Source of the DNA: Octopus sinensis
Lineage: Eukaryota
Length of the DNA stretch: 64,000 bases
Assembly: GCF_006345805.1 (NCBI RefSeq)
Contig: NC_043015.1
Span: 11,904,001-11,968,000 of the forward strand
Reading direction: 5' to 3'
In this document: positions 1 through 12,202 of the stretch, in pieces
How positions within the stretch are numbered: the stretch's first letter is position 1
Layout of the letters: every line of letters begins with the position of its first letter
Made by a program: the position numbers and the translations under genes
Notes under the pieces: model-generated
What the model was told of the DNA's origin: nothing
Seen by the model: only the letters and a program-made list of their open reading frames with translations
Databases searched by the model: none

Positions 1-93
1 CCTTATCGGACGGGTATTCATGATGAGTATACTGGGCTTCGTATATTTCCCCCCAGTGTCGCTTTGATGGCATGCACTGCTCTCTCACTCAAT
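1..93 (-). repeat. Fragment of an interspersed repeat abutting (AAT)n; same family as 41492-41741
   Basis: Reverse complement matches 41492-41575 (attgagtgagagagcagtg.atgccatcaaag.gacactgggg). Both copies abut an (AAT)n tract. Confidence 0.8.
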
Positions 94-106
94 TATAATA
101 ATAATA

Positions 107-156
<50 letters not shown>

Positions 157-157
157 G
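94..157. repeat. (AAT)n microsatellite
   Basis: Direct reading. Confidence 0.95.
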
Positions 158-529
158 TCATTTCATTTATTTGCCACAAGGGCGAAGAGTGAGGGGGATA
201 TTACCAAGTAAAGCATAAAGTGTGGGCGGTTACATATAACGAAATGGTAACAAAGTAAGTATACACTGTATACACTGAAAAAGAAGGGGCATATGTGTAG
301 CATACAAAGGTTAAAAAAAGACAACAATTCCGTCAGTAATGCTTGCTTTATTGGCTACAGCGGCCGCAAAAGCTTTTAAAACAAAACAATTACAAATGGC
401 AGTATGGATTTACAGATATGTGTAAACAATAATCAACAGTAGCATTAACAAGAGAATTATAACTACAAAATCCCTTAGTATTGAGAAAACACCACGCTGG
501 GGCGAAAATGGGACCCACCGATTCCGAGT

Positions 530-967
530 CACTCTTATCATTAGGGGCGTCAAAGTAAGTGATCCTCTCTTGTCCGAATATTTTTAGCCTAGATCTGCAT
601 GCTTATAGTAGGTCCACCACATTTACCCGCCTTTTACAAATTTACTGGGAGTGGGCAGCATCTTATTCTCTTCTCTCACTTTTACGAGTGGATCTTGAAA
701 AAGTCGATGAGGCTTGGCTGAACAGGAAACTTCTTTTGCTAGAGCCACCAGATAGAAGGAAACTGCTTGACCATCGCAATAAAAGGAAGGTAGTGGGATG
801 ATGTTGGCCGATTAATCGGGTCCATCTTACACATAATAGCAACTGAGGCTGTGTGGTAAGTAGCTTGTTTACCAACCACATGGTTCTGGGTTCAGTCCCA
901 CTGAGTGGCACCTTGTGAGTGGATTTGGTAGGCGGAAACTGAAAGAAGCCCGTCGTATATATGTATA

Positions 968-1006
<39 letters not shown>

Positions 1007-1400
1007 TGTATGTTTGTGTGTCTGTGTTTGTCCCCCTAGCATTGCTTGACAACTGATGCTGATGTGTTTATGTTCCCGTCACTTCGCGGTTCGGCAAAAG
1101 AGACTGATAGAAGAAGTACTGGGCTTACAAAGAATAAGTCCCGGGGTCGAGTTGCTCGATTAAAGGCGGTGCTCCAGCATGGCCGCAGTCAAATGACTGA
1201 AACAAGTAAAGAGTAAGAGTAATAGAAAAAGAGTATAACTCCACAAATCAGCAATGCTCGAGCACTAGCCCGTGGAGGATAATTTCGCATCTCGAACAGG
1301 ATTGGATTCATGGCCCTACCATGCCTGTAGTATTTATCCCGAACCACCAATCCCCTCACTCCTGGTAGGAGAGCCGGATCAACGATGTCCCATATTATCA
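530..1400 (-). mobile_element. Degenerate 3' end of an L1/Tx1-type LINE ORF2 (zinc-binding C-terminal region), split by a SINE
   Basis: Minus-strand, frameshifted pieces GLVVRDKYYRHGRAMNP, CSRCEIILHGLV, CVRWTRLIG and SLIDFFKIH resemble Tx1-type ORF2 C-termini. Recognised from memory, no alignment run. Confidence 0.5.
847..1220 (+). mobile_element. tRNA-headed SINE family A (internal (TA)n, tail gaaacaagtaaaagagt); internally deleted copy
   Basis: Head with B-box-like ggttcagtccc. Homologous to 7159-7560, 3596-4075 and 31535-31940. Confidence 0.9.
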
Positions 1401-2924
1401 GCGTGTCATTAGGCATACTGTTGATTAGCTCTGGTTCCACAGAACTACTGTGAGGAAATACCTCTTGGATAGGATAACAGGTAACAGCAGATAACATTTC
1501 TATAAATATTGTAGCTTCTCCAGACATCTTCTTATTGAACTGATGCATATTGAAACAGTTCTGGTGTAGCAATTCAGACAAGCGCTGAGGTTTTTAACTC
1601 ATTATCAATATGCTGCCTGTAATACTAAAAATGTAGCAACTCTGCAACTTTTGAATCTATAATAAACATGCAACTTCACATTCTATAAATATAAAGGGAA
1701 AATAGCATTCAAAATACAATCAGCTCGTAAATATTTTGCTTTCCTTATGCAGACATTTTTCAATCGAATAAAGATTTGATTGAAAATGTAGCTTTAAGTT
1801 CCAGCTGACCGTAAAGTAATTTATCTTCCTGTTACAAGGAATGTGTGCCCTTCTTTGCTGCTTCTGGTGCTTGAAAATGTAATAATTCGTAACACAATCC
1901 AGTGCCTATTCTCTGGACTTTCTTCAAGACGTAATTTTACGCCATAATTTTTTCTCCCTTTCCTGCAAATTGAATTATCTGCAATCACGTAAGTAAACAA
2001 CTTTTCACATTAAGGAAAAACATTTATGTGAATCTAACTTTGTGTGTGTGTGTCTGTGTGTCTGTGTGTCTGTGTGTCTGTGTGTGTGTGTGGTGTGTGT
2101 GTGTGTACGTGTGTGTGTGTCTGTGTGTATGTGCATCTGTATATCTGTGCGAATGCATAAATAAATCACACCAAATTATGAATTTTACGTAACATTTGTG
2201 CTTTCAGCTTATTTCTAGTATCTGAAGTGACACAAGCTACAGAAATGTAAAAATCTCGAAAATCTATTTGAAAGAAATACCTCAAATCCTTCCGATTTAT
2301 TGGAAAAGAGAGAAAATTGGATCTTCATACAGAAATAAAATATATCAGAGCATGTACCATTAATGTGCCGGAATGTTATGCGCATCATGGCCAATGCAGA
2401 GTGACAAATTGCATGAACAACAAGAGCCACGTACAGTGACAAATGTTTGACTCGAAAACTTGATTTGATTACAGATGCTACTGTTAGAGAAAATAAAATA
2501 ATACTGCATATTCTACAATGGCTTCTTTGATTTGATCATTCGCCAATTCTAGTAAACGTTGTTTGTTAAGCCTCGCCATTTTAACACTGGTCAACGAAGA
2601 TGTGAATGCAATTTCGTGTCAATGAAATTTCAGAAGCAAATATTTAAAAAGGCAACTTCTTTACACTAAACTCAACTATTTCAATAGGTTTGTTATCTGT
2701 TAACACGATCGACGCTGAGAATAGGAGCCTTAAAAATGCAACATGTATTTTTATTCAACAACACGTTCTTGTTCTTTGACAAACAGAATTTCCCAAGCTT
2801 CCAGCAAACCTCAAAAAACAAGGAGCATATTATGCAAATGCACTACTTGCAGTTTCCCCTCTCAACAAGAAATTATATTCAGCTCATTTTAAAAGCCTCA
2901 TGTATGTTGCACTATCGCTAACAC

Positions 2925-3107
2925 GCGTGTGTTTGTGTGTGTATGTGTGCATGTGTGTATGCGTGCACATATGTGTGTGTGTGTGTGTATGTGTGTGTGT
3001 GTGTGTGTGTTGCATGTGTGTATGCGTGCACATGTGTGTGTGCGTGTGTGTATGTGTGTGTGTGTGTGTGTGTGCATGTGTGTATGCGTGCACATATGTG
3101 TGTATGT

Positions 3108-3142
<35 letters not shown>

Positions 3143-3183
3143 TGTGTGTATGTGTGCATGCGTGTATGCGTACACATGTGTGT

Positions 3184-3219
<36 letters not shown>

Positions 3220-3302
3220 ATGCGTGCACATGTGTGTCTGTGTGTGTGTGGTGTGTGTGTGTGTGTGTGTGTGTCGGTGTATGTATCTGCACGTACGTGT
3301 GT
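2925..3302. repeat. Compound (TG)n tract with a recurring higher-order motif catgtgtgtatgcgtgcacat
   Basis: Direct reading. It accounts for the six overlapping HT/VC ORFs. Confidence 0.9.
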
Positions 3303-3595
3303 TTGAATTTGTTTGTTTCTAAGCCACAAGCTTTGATAAAACTTTAGATTTCTTTCTAAAAAAAAAAGCTGAAACATCTAAAACAGTAATGTAGAAAACA
3401 GTATAGGATGCAGTGTCAAAGGATTTACAATACTTCGCTATTTCCCTTTGCACAGTTCGAACATTGCCGTGGTCGACTTTCTTCTTTTATGATTATTGTT
3501 CTTGTTGAATTCCATATCAACTCGCATCGAGTAAACTTACATAAGTTGTAACCAACGCTTCTTTTTTCTTATATATTTAAACCTACACTGTCCTA

Positions 3596-3823
3596 TACTC
3601 TTTTACTTGTTTCAGTCATTTGAATGTGGCCATGCTGGAGCACCGCCTTTTAGTCGAGCAAATCGACCTCCAGGAGTTATTCTTTGTAAGCCTAGTGCTT
3701 ATTCTATCGGTCTCTTTTGCCGAGCCGCTAGGTGACAAGGACGTAACACACCAGCATCGGTTGTCAGGCGATATTGGGAGGACAAACACATACACACAAG
3801 CATATACGCGCAAACATATATAT

Positions 3824-3914
<91 letters not shown>

Positions 3915-4075
3915 GACGGGCTTCGTTCAGTTTCATCTACCAAATCCTGTCACAAGGATTTGGTCGGCCCGAGGCTATAGTAAAAGACACTTGCCCAAGG
4001 TGCCATGCAGTGGGACTGAACCCGGAACCATGTGGCTGGTAAGCAAGCTACTTATCCCAAAGCCACTCCTACGCC
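3596..4075 (-). mobile_element. SINE family A, full length
   Basis: Reverse complement of 7159-7560 with an expanded internal (TA)n. Confidence 0.92.
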
Positions 4076-4309
4076 TATGAATGTGTAATTCTTCTTTTCA
4101 TGACGGCAAAGCGTGAATAGCAAGTTATTTAGATGCTATTTCTTGCATATTGGCTGAGTAAACAGAGGATTCTTTTGTTGTTGTTATCGTTGTTGTTCTC
4201 ATTATTTATTTTGATTGGTGTTGTTGGTGTTGATATTGTTGTTTTCTTGTTTTTGTTTTTGTACACCCACACAAACATAGCATTACCTTTAATTCCTTAT
4301 TTGTATGCA

Positions 4310-4383
<74 letters not shown>

Positions 4384-4384
<1 letters not shown>

Positions 4385-4530
4385 CCGGAGTAAACACATA
4401 AATGTGAAACAAGGTGGAAAAAAAGAGTACTCAAATACCAGGGGTAGAGTAATATGCTTTATTTAAAAGCAGCAGAAATTCAACAAAACCTGTTACTCGG
4501 AGTTTCACGTTCCCGTTCGTCGGACAGCTT
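4384..4530 (-). mobile_element. Short repeat family D (Penelope pLTR/retrozyme-like), inserted at (TA)n
   Basis: Homologous to 32741-32970, 51050-51200 and 52189-52307. Every copy abuts (TA)n. Contains an HHR-like fold. Confidence 0.75.
4490..4527 (-). ncRNA. Type I hammerhead-like fold with a variant core (CCGACGA)
   Basis: Minus strand reads CTGT CCGACGA ACG-GGAA-CGT GAAA CTC-C-GAG TA ACAG. Helices I, II and III and a GUA triplet are in canonical order; U4 is replaced by C. Confidence 0.55.
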
Positions 4531-4699
4531 TGTTGGAGCTACACGTATTTAATAATACGAAACTATAAGTAATGAGGGTTTGAGTCAAACTGTCATTTAA
4601 TGTATACAAAAATATTAACTCCTCATAAACTAGCAGAAATACCGCTCGCAGAGAGGTATTTCTGCTAGTTATTATATAAATCCTCTGTACAGTATGAAC

Positions 4700-5095
4700 A
4701 AGTCTTGAAATTTGAGGGAAGGGACTATTGAATTATATAAACCCACAGTGCTTGAATGATTTTTATCTTATAGACTTCAGGACGATAAAAGGAAAAGTAG
4801 ACGTCGGCAGAATTTGAACTCAGGACGTAAAATCGGAAGAAATACTCTTAAGCATCCTGTCCGACGCGATGACAATTTTGCCAGTTCACCGCTTTTGTAA
4901 CTGACACAGTGGTTACAGTCGAAAACATGTGTTGTGGTATTTTTTCCGGCTTAATAGGTTTCCAGTTCAAATTTTGTCATGGTCAACATCGCCTGTTATC
5001 CTTCCGGGGTGATAAATATGAAGGGCCAGTGAAATATTGAGGTCGATGATTTTGACACGTCCCCTCCCTTCAAAATTGGTGGGTTATAAGTGAAT
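4700..5095. mobile_element. Two degenerate SINE family C copies in divergent orientation (4700-4895 minus, 4930-5095 plus)
   Basis: Remnant motifs aatttgaactcag, gccagttcaccgc and agttcaaatttt. Confidence 0.6.
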
Positions 5096-5140
5096 CTGGT
5101 ATCATAATACTGTTGTAAATTCTATCAATATTTTAGGATG

Positions 5141-5242
<102 letters not shown>

Positions 5243-5628
5243 CCTTTTTAAGAAAGACACTATTCCCAGAGATGTCCTAACGGAACATGTGACTACCAAG
5301 AATGCTTTAAAGAATTACATTATTACCAGAAACACGGTAAAAGTCAATCCAAATGACACAGTCTTCAGCGATAGTTCTTGGAATAGCTTCATTACAATCT
5401 ATGGACAATTTAATCAATTCTGATTTGATATTTAAAAGATATAAACTATCGAGCAATCGTCAACGTTGTTGCTATTGTTTAAACCACATCAGCTCTGATC
5501 AAGCAGACCTGTCATACATTCATAGAAGACGAGATATCCTTCCATATTTTTAAGACGGTAGGACGTGTTTTGAGAGAGATTCAACTGTTATTTCTAGCAT
5601 GTTGAACAGCCGCATAGAAACATAACAA

Positions 5629-6012
5629 TGGAAGCACTCCGTCGGTTACGACGATGAGGGTTCCGGTTGATCCGAATCAACGGAACAGCCTGCTCGTGAA
5701 ATTAACGTGTAAGTGGCTGAGCACTCCACAGACACGTGCACCCTTAACGTAGTTCTCGGAGATATTCAGCGTGACACAGAGAGTGACAAGGCTGGCCCTT
5801 TGAAATACAGGTACAACAGAAACAGGGAGTAAGAGTGAGAGAAAGTTGTGGTGAAAGAGTATAGCAGGGATCACCACCATCCCCTGCCGGAGCATCGTGG
5901 AGCTTTTTAGGTGTTTTCGCTCAATAAACACTCACAACGCCCGGTCTGGGAATCGAAACCGCGATACTACGACCGCGAGTCCGCTGCCCTAACCACTGGG
6001 CCATTGCGCCTC
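5629..6012 (-). mobile_element. tRNA-headed SINE family B, full length, with TSD
   Basis: Minus-strand head ggaggcgcaatggcccagtggttagggcagcggactcgc...ggtttcgattccc carries A and B boxes. Flanked by ca(t/c)agaaacataacaa at 5613-5628 and 6013-6028. Second copy at 41050-41398. Confidence 0.92.
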
Positions 6013-7109
6013 CACAGAAACATAACAACACGTATAACAGACCATGTAAATAGTACATTAATATTCAACTTGTACACTTAGTCCTCCTCGACGTAAATTC
6101 TCTAAATAGTAGTGATGGAGTCGTATTAATATTACATTTATTTGTAGCATCAGTTCATCTGAAATTAGACATTTTTAACATTGCTTCCAACTAAAAAAGT
6201 TCAGTTTTGTAATTTCTCTAAATAAATGACAAATATGAAGCCCGAATTCCATTGTCCTATAAATATGAATCAAACCAAATGATTTACAATTTAAATTTTT
6301 TCCCCGAGAATATTTTCAACATTTCATTGCCCTGAAATTAAAAGGAATTTATATGAATATGATAATGGATAATTTATTTTCAAACATAAACTCTATGATG
6401 TTCTCCTGACGATCGTATCAATGAAGCATTTATTTCAGAATATTATACTTCTGTGGCTTCCCGTAGCTTTATACAAGGAACCATGTAGTCTCTAACTATT
6501 ATACTTAGAAGGTCTGGTAGTTATTTCCGAAATATAAAATTATAATTGGACTGATGTTCCTGTGATACTATTCAACGCATCTACTCATAGATTCAGCAGT
6601 AACGAGTTTAAAGTAATAACAGTGTGTATCTTCAAATTTTGTCTGTGTGTGTGTGTGTGTCTGTGTGTGTATAGGTATATATATGTACATACAGTATATA
6701 TTGTGTTTACAGTTAGATGTACAAATTTAATGTTTGAGCTCTACGTAAATTATCATCATCTTGTTTGTTTCTAAAATAGTGGTTTGGTTACTACTAGACT
6801 TAATAACTTTACTTGTAATAATATACAGAGCAAATATATACAGAGCAAGTTTAAACAGTTTGTTTCCAACAGGATCCATTGTGATTAAGCACCTAATTGC
6901 ACTTGGAACATCCAAAGCAGAATTTCCAAACAACGACATCGGTGAAACGTGCGTAATGAACACATGATATAAATTTGTTTATCATCATAATTCCTCCTAC
7001 ACACACATACATATGTACATGTACATGTGTGTATGTATGTATATAGATAGATATAGATATAGATTATATATATAATATAGATTATATATATATATATATA
7101 ATATATATA

Positions 7110-7158
<49 letters not shown>

Positions 7159-7160
<2 letters not shown>

Positions 7161-7560
7161 CGCGGGATTGGCTGTGTGGTAAGTAGCTTGTTTACCAACC
7201 ACATGGTTCCGGGTTCAGTCCCACTGCGTGGCACCTTGGGCAAGTGCCTTCTACTATAGCCTCGGGCCGACCAAAGCCTTGTGAGTGGATTTGGTAGACG
7301 GAAACTGAAAGAAGCCCGTCGTATATATGTGTATGCGTGTGTGTGTTTGTGTGTCTGTGTTTGTCCCCCTAGCATTGCTTGACAACCGATGCTGGTGTGT
7401 TTATGTCCCCGTTACTTAGCGGTTCGACAAAAGAGACCGATAGAATAAGTACTGGGCTTACAAAAGAATAAGTCCCAGGGTCGAGTTGCTCGATTAAAAA
7501 AAAAGCGGTGCTCCAGCATATCTGCAGTCAAATGACTGAAACAAGTAAAAGAGTAAAAAG
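7159..7560 (+). mobile_element. SINE family A, full length
   Basis: Complete head, body and tail; closely similar to the other family A copies. Confidence 0.93.
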
Positions 7561-7561
7561 A

Positions 7562-7870
7562 GCAAAGAGTTTATCTAAACAAGAAAGCACAAAAAACACA
7601 ACAACGCGAGGACGTGGAACAAATATAGTATCATTGGACGCTCAGGAAGGAAGGAAAGAAGGAGGATTTAACGTTTCGAGCGGAGCTCTTCGTCGGAAAC
7701 ATAGGAGAAGGGAAGACAGAGGGGAAAAATCGCCAACGGTACACACGCGGTCACATTTTGAATGACCGGAAGGAAATGGGTGAAGAAAAGTTCTTTCAAA
7801 GACAGCAGAGTGGTTCTTTCAAAGACAGGAGAGTGGTAGAGGAGGAGGAATGTGGATATGTGCGTGCGCG
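7562..7870 (-). mobile_element. Penelope pLTR-like repeat containing an HHR-like fold at 7667-7699
   Basis: Minus strand reads TTT CCGACGA A GAGC-TCC-GCTC GAAA CG TT AAA. Architecture resembles 12203-12500. Confidence 0.55.
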
Positions 7871-8029
7871 ATGGTCTGCGTGTGCGTGTGTGTGTATGTG
7901 TGTATGTGTGTAAAGATAACACGTGTATGTGTGTGTGGTTGTGGCTGTTAATCTTTGCGTGTTGTAGGGCTAGTAGTGTTTAAGGTCGAGGAAGAAGGAA
8001 TTGGGAGTGGCTCCTAGGTACTGCTAGTT

Positions 8030-8520
8030 TGAAGTATGTGTGTGTATGCGTGTATGTATATGTATCATGTGTGTGTTTTGTTTGTAGTGTGTGTGCGTGT
8101 GTGTATGTATGTGTGTGTTCGTGTCTGTATGCGTAGAGTTTGGGTGTGTGGCGAATAACCGTGCTTTACTTAGTGTATGCGTGCGTGGGTGCTTGTACGT
8201 GCGTATGTGTGTACACATGTATGTATAATTGTGTGCCGTGTGTATGGGACGTATGTGTGGGTTCATTTGTGTGTGTGTATGTGCGTGCGTGTCGTATGTG
8301 CGTGTAGTTGTTTGTGCGTGTACGTGTGCGTTTGTATGTGTGTGTGCGCGTGTATTGTGTGCGTATGTACGTGCGTGTATGTGTATGTGCGTGTGTATGA
8401 CCGTGGAGATGTGTGTCAGGTTGTGTTCATTTTATTGTGTGTATGCGCGTGTGCTTGAGTAGGTGCGTGTATGTGGCTATATATATACAGAGAGAGAGAG
8501 AGAGAGATCATATATATATA
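8030..8520. repeat. Degenerate (TG)-rich, (GA)n and (TA)n compound tract
   Basis: Direct reading. Confidence 0.85.
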
Positions 8521-8624
8521 TATATATATATATATAGGCTGCGATGGGTAAATTGTTGTCATTTTATATTTTTAATTTTGCGCATGTGCATTGTCTGTTT
8601 TTGATTTTGTTGACTACAAAGTAT

Positions 8625-9337
8625 AGTAGGGTTCCGTTAGGCACCTGTCGCGAGAAAAACACCATGACTGAATTCACTCGGCCAGAAATTTGGAAACAAT
8701 ATGCTGTACTGCATCACATTTGCACTGGAATCCCCAATACGAACTGAAGGGGACGAACGCACAAAACAACCCTTGACTTGCCGTGTCCCCAAAACATGTA
8801 TCAAGAGTGGTACAGCATGGTGTTTGGGGTGATCACTAGTGATGGCCACGTTATGCCTCCATTCACCATCCCATACAACCTCAGATTCAACACGATGGCC
8901 TGCATCAAGTGCCTGGAGGGGGTAGTGCTGCCCTGGGTGAAGAAGGTGGCTCCTGGAAGACAATTTCGGACAATTTCTGCAACCACATCGCCCCAAACAT
9001 CTGGCCACCTAACTCCCCAGACTGCAACCCTTTGATTATTATGTGTGGGGCGCAGTTAAGTAACAGACCAACTAAACTCCCCGTAACACCACAGATGAAC
9101 TAAAGGCAAGGATTATGGCAGCATTCACCAACGATACCGTCCAGACGAGTTGCAGGAGATTCCGAAGTCGGCTGCAGTCCATGATTGAAGCCAATAGTGA
9201 TTTTGATAGTGTTAATTTACTCTTTGTTATTTCAAGATATTTTTATGTAATTTTGGTAAATATATCTATTAAAATGAAATGTTAGTGTTACTTTCATTTT
9301 TGCTTAATTTAGACGACAATTTATTTACCGCACCCTG
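8625..9337 (+). mobile_element. Internally deleted Tc1/mariner-superfamily transposon, maT (DD37D)-like
   Basis: Frameshifted peptides MVFGVITSDGHVMPP...LEGVVLPW, IWPPNSPDCNPL and TTDELKARIMAAF. 3' TIR ...ttatttaccgcaccctg is followed by TA. Confidence 0.8.
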
Positions 9338-9386
<49 letters not shown>

Positions 9387-10381
9387 CATATTCACATATA
9401 CATATATCACCGACACGCATACTTACTCATACACACACATACATATATACATCAGAGATTCTTATGTAAATCGGTGTACACACTTGGATATATGCATCAA
9501 CAGTTGGACTAACACAGCAACTCCCCCACTTACTTACACACACCATGAATTCTCTTAACTCAAAATGTCTTGTCGCTTTGTTAGCGACCGACTTCAACTC
9601 TCTTAAGAACTTAAATAAAACTCCAACAAAAATTATGTATACATACATATATAGATAGATAGATATATAGATAAATAGATATAGATATATACATGCTTGT
9701 GCATGTGAATGTGTTTGTGTGCGCGTGTGCGCGCGCGTAAAATGAAATTACATGAACAATAAGCTAGTCAGTATATGTATACAGTAAAATATTCATATAT
9801 TGATTCTGAGAATTATTGATTATGTATAAATTAATATGCCCTAATATTCCCCCAATTCTAAGGAGGCTGTCGGGCAGAATTGACCATGTATCATTGCTGA
9901 GATAATTTCCCACTGCACAATCATACGGAAGAGTTGTTCATAGAAGTCTAATAGTAGCACCTGCAGCCAGCCTCCCTCTTCACGCTACGATATTGTCTAA
10001 GTAGAGGCACATATCGATACAATTTTTTCGCTCGTTTCGACACCGTGGAAATAATAACATAAGGAATCGGAACAAATTACACAAGTTTTTTTCGAACTCT
10101 GCCAGAACTATCCAAGTCTAGGGAATTGATATTTTATTATTTCGATTCTAAACAAAGAAAATGTAAATATTTTTGGTTTGTCGCTTTTGTTTTGGTTTCG
10201 AGGGGAATTTTTCTTTGACGAGATTTTATTTTATTTTAACTACTTCTTCTTTGTGTGTAGAATTGTGGATAGACATAGAATTTCTGATTAGATGCATTTT
10301 GCCTCGGATGATACGACCCTTTCTAAACCCTCGTACTAAAGATGATGAGCCATTTCAGGCTAAATTGTTATTCAACTGAAA

Positions 10382-10424
<43 letters not shown>

Positions 10425-10428
<4 letters not shown>

Positions 10429-10693
10429 AGATATAAGCAGTAGTGGTACAGTAGAGTAGTTGTATACTGTCAACTTAATGTTACAGTCCCATGAAGGGAA
10501 TCACACAACGGCTATTTAGCCCTAGGAAGTATCCAAGCTTCCTGTCGGCCTTAACACATTTCCTGTGTCCTTATGTTTACAAGAGGGAGACAAGCACCTC
10601 AACCCAGCTAAGCCTGCATCCAGAGACTAATTAGCAGTGGCGTGATTCCCTTTATGAGACTGTCATATTAAGTTGACAGAATACAACTACTCT
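10425..10693. mobile_element. Repeat with ~50-bp inverted arms (agagtagttgtatactgtcaacttaa / ttaagttgacagaatacaactactct); same family as 50276-50610
   Basis: Arms read directly; the internal sequence is homologous to the 50.3 kb palindrome. Confidence 0.75.
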
Positions 10694-10714
10694 CTCTCTT
10701 TCTCTCTCCCTCTA

Positions 10715-10722
<8 letters not shown>

Positions 10723-10805
<83 letters not shown>

Positions 10806-10818
10806 GTAATAACAATAC

Positions 10819-10856
<38 letters not shown>

Positions 10857-10872
10857 TAATAATAATAATAAT
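10723..10872. repeat. (AAT)n microsatellite
   Basis: Direct reading. Confidence 0.95.
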
Positions 10873-11031
10873 AGGAAATATTATTCAAAACTTACAGGGA
10901 AATTCAATTTAGAAATACTAAATCAAATTTCACAAATTATATTATATATGTATGTAAATTAGAAAAAAACTCCTATTATCAATTCAACAATGAAATAATT
11001 AAATTATACCGTATAGAAAAATATTAAATAT

Positions 11032-11530
11032 AAGATAAAAACATATACCAATGATTAAGCAATGTACAAAATAATAAATAAAAAGTATATAATTGGTAAA
11101 ATGACTACACGTGTTTCATGGCTATATTTAAATTTAAATATAGCCACTCTTCAGGTCCAAGATAAAAAAATTAAATGATTAAATAAACTTATATAATCTT
11201 GTACGTATATAATCTTGTAAAATACGAAATATTTTAACAAATATATTCTGGTGTAAATAAAACTAGAATAAATAGGTATAAATATATATTATATCTATTA
11301 TATCTATGAAAATAAATTTTAACTTATATAAGAAAATAATATTACATACGTATATTTATTTAATTATTTTATTGTTTTTATCTTGGACATTAAGAGTGGA
11401 TATATTCAAATTGAATTGATTTTACTGTTTCAGTTTTTAAATATAACCACGAAACACGTGTAGTCATTTTACCAATTATATACTTTTCATTTATTATTTT
11501 GTACGTTGCTTAATCATTGGTATATGTTTT

Positions 11531-11536
<6 letters not shown>
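11032..11536. repeat. Imperfect inverted repeat (about 11032-11190 versus 11355-11536) carrying HHR motifs
   Basis: aagataaaaacatataccaatgattaagcaa...actacacgtgtttc is mirrored by gaaacacgtgtagt...ttgcttaatcattggtatatgtttttatctt. Confidence 0.85.
11103..11157 (-). ncRNA. Type I hammerhead ribozyme, canonical core
   Basis: Minus strand reads GAC CTGAAGA GTGGCTATATTTA-AATT-TAAATATAGCCAT GAAA CACGTG TA GTC: 13-bp helix II, palindromic helix III ACACGTGT, GUA triplet, 3-bp helix I. Confidence 0.75.
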
Positions 11537-11600
<64 letters not shown>

Positions 11601-12202
11601 ATAAATGATCATGAAAGGCGAAAGTACTTGACCGTTAGAAATCAAATCTGTTAAAAACTCTGCATAATACAAAGGCTATTCTAGTTAAGGAAAAATAAAA
11701 TAACTTAGGTAGTGAAAATGTGTGAGAAATAACTGTTGAGAAATATCGAGTGAATATTGTTAAACAACATGATAAATACTAAAATATTTTAATCTGGGGG
11801 TAAGTGTAGTTTCCACTAATTTATCTGGTGCTTATGGAAGTGGCGACATTTAGTGAAGGAAGGACTAATTAAATTCTTGGAAGTATTCAGGAGTTATTGA
11901 TGATTTCTATCAACAATTATTACTTCTCATATTTGCTACTCTTATGAAACTTTTTCCTTTTCTTTGTGGATTAACGATAACCTCCGTAACATCATCAGTC
12001 ACATCTAAAAAGGATTCAAATATACGAGTATTAACTGCGGTGCGTAAATCTACTCATTGACAATAGACACGTACATATGTGAGCATATGTGTGTGTATGT
12101 GTGTGCGGCTGTCTGTCTGTCTCTGTCTCTGTCTCTGTGTGTCTGTATATTTATATAGCAATACATACGCGTATATATATATATATATAATATATATATA
12201 TA

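Noticed and set aside
5940-6012. tRNA gene-like sequence (also the heads of SINE families A and C)
   Set aside because: They have A/B boxes but continue into SINE bodies with TSDs, and I found no complete cloverleaf.
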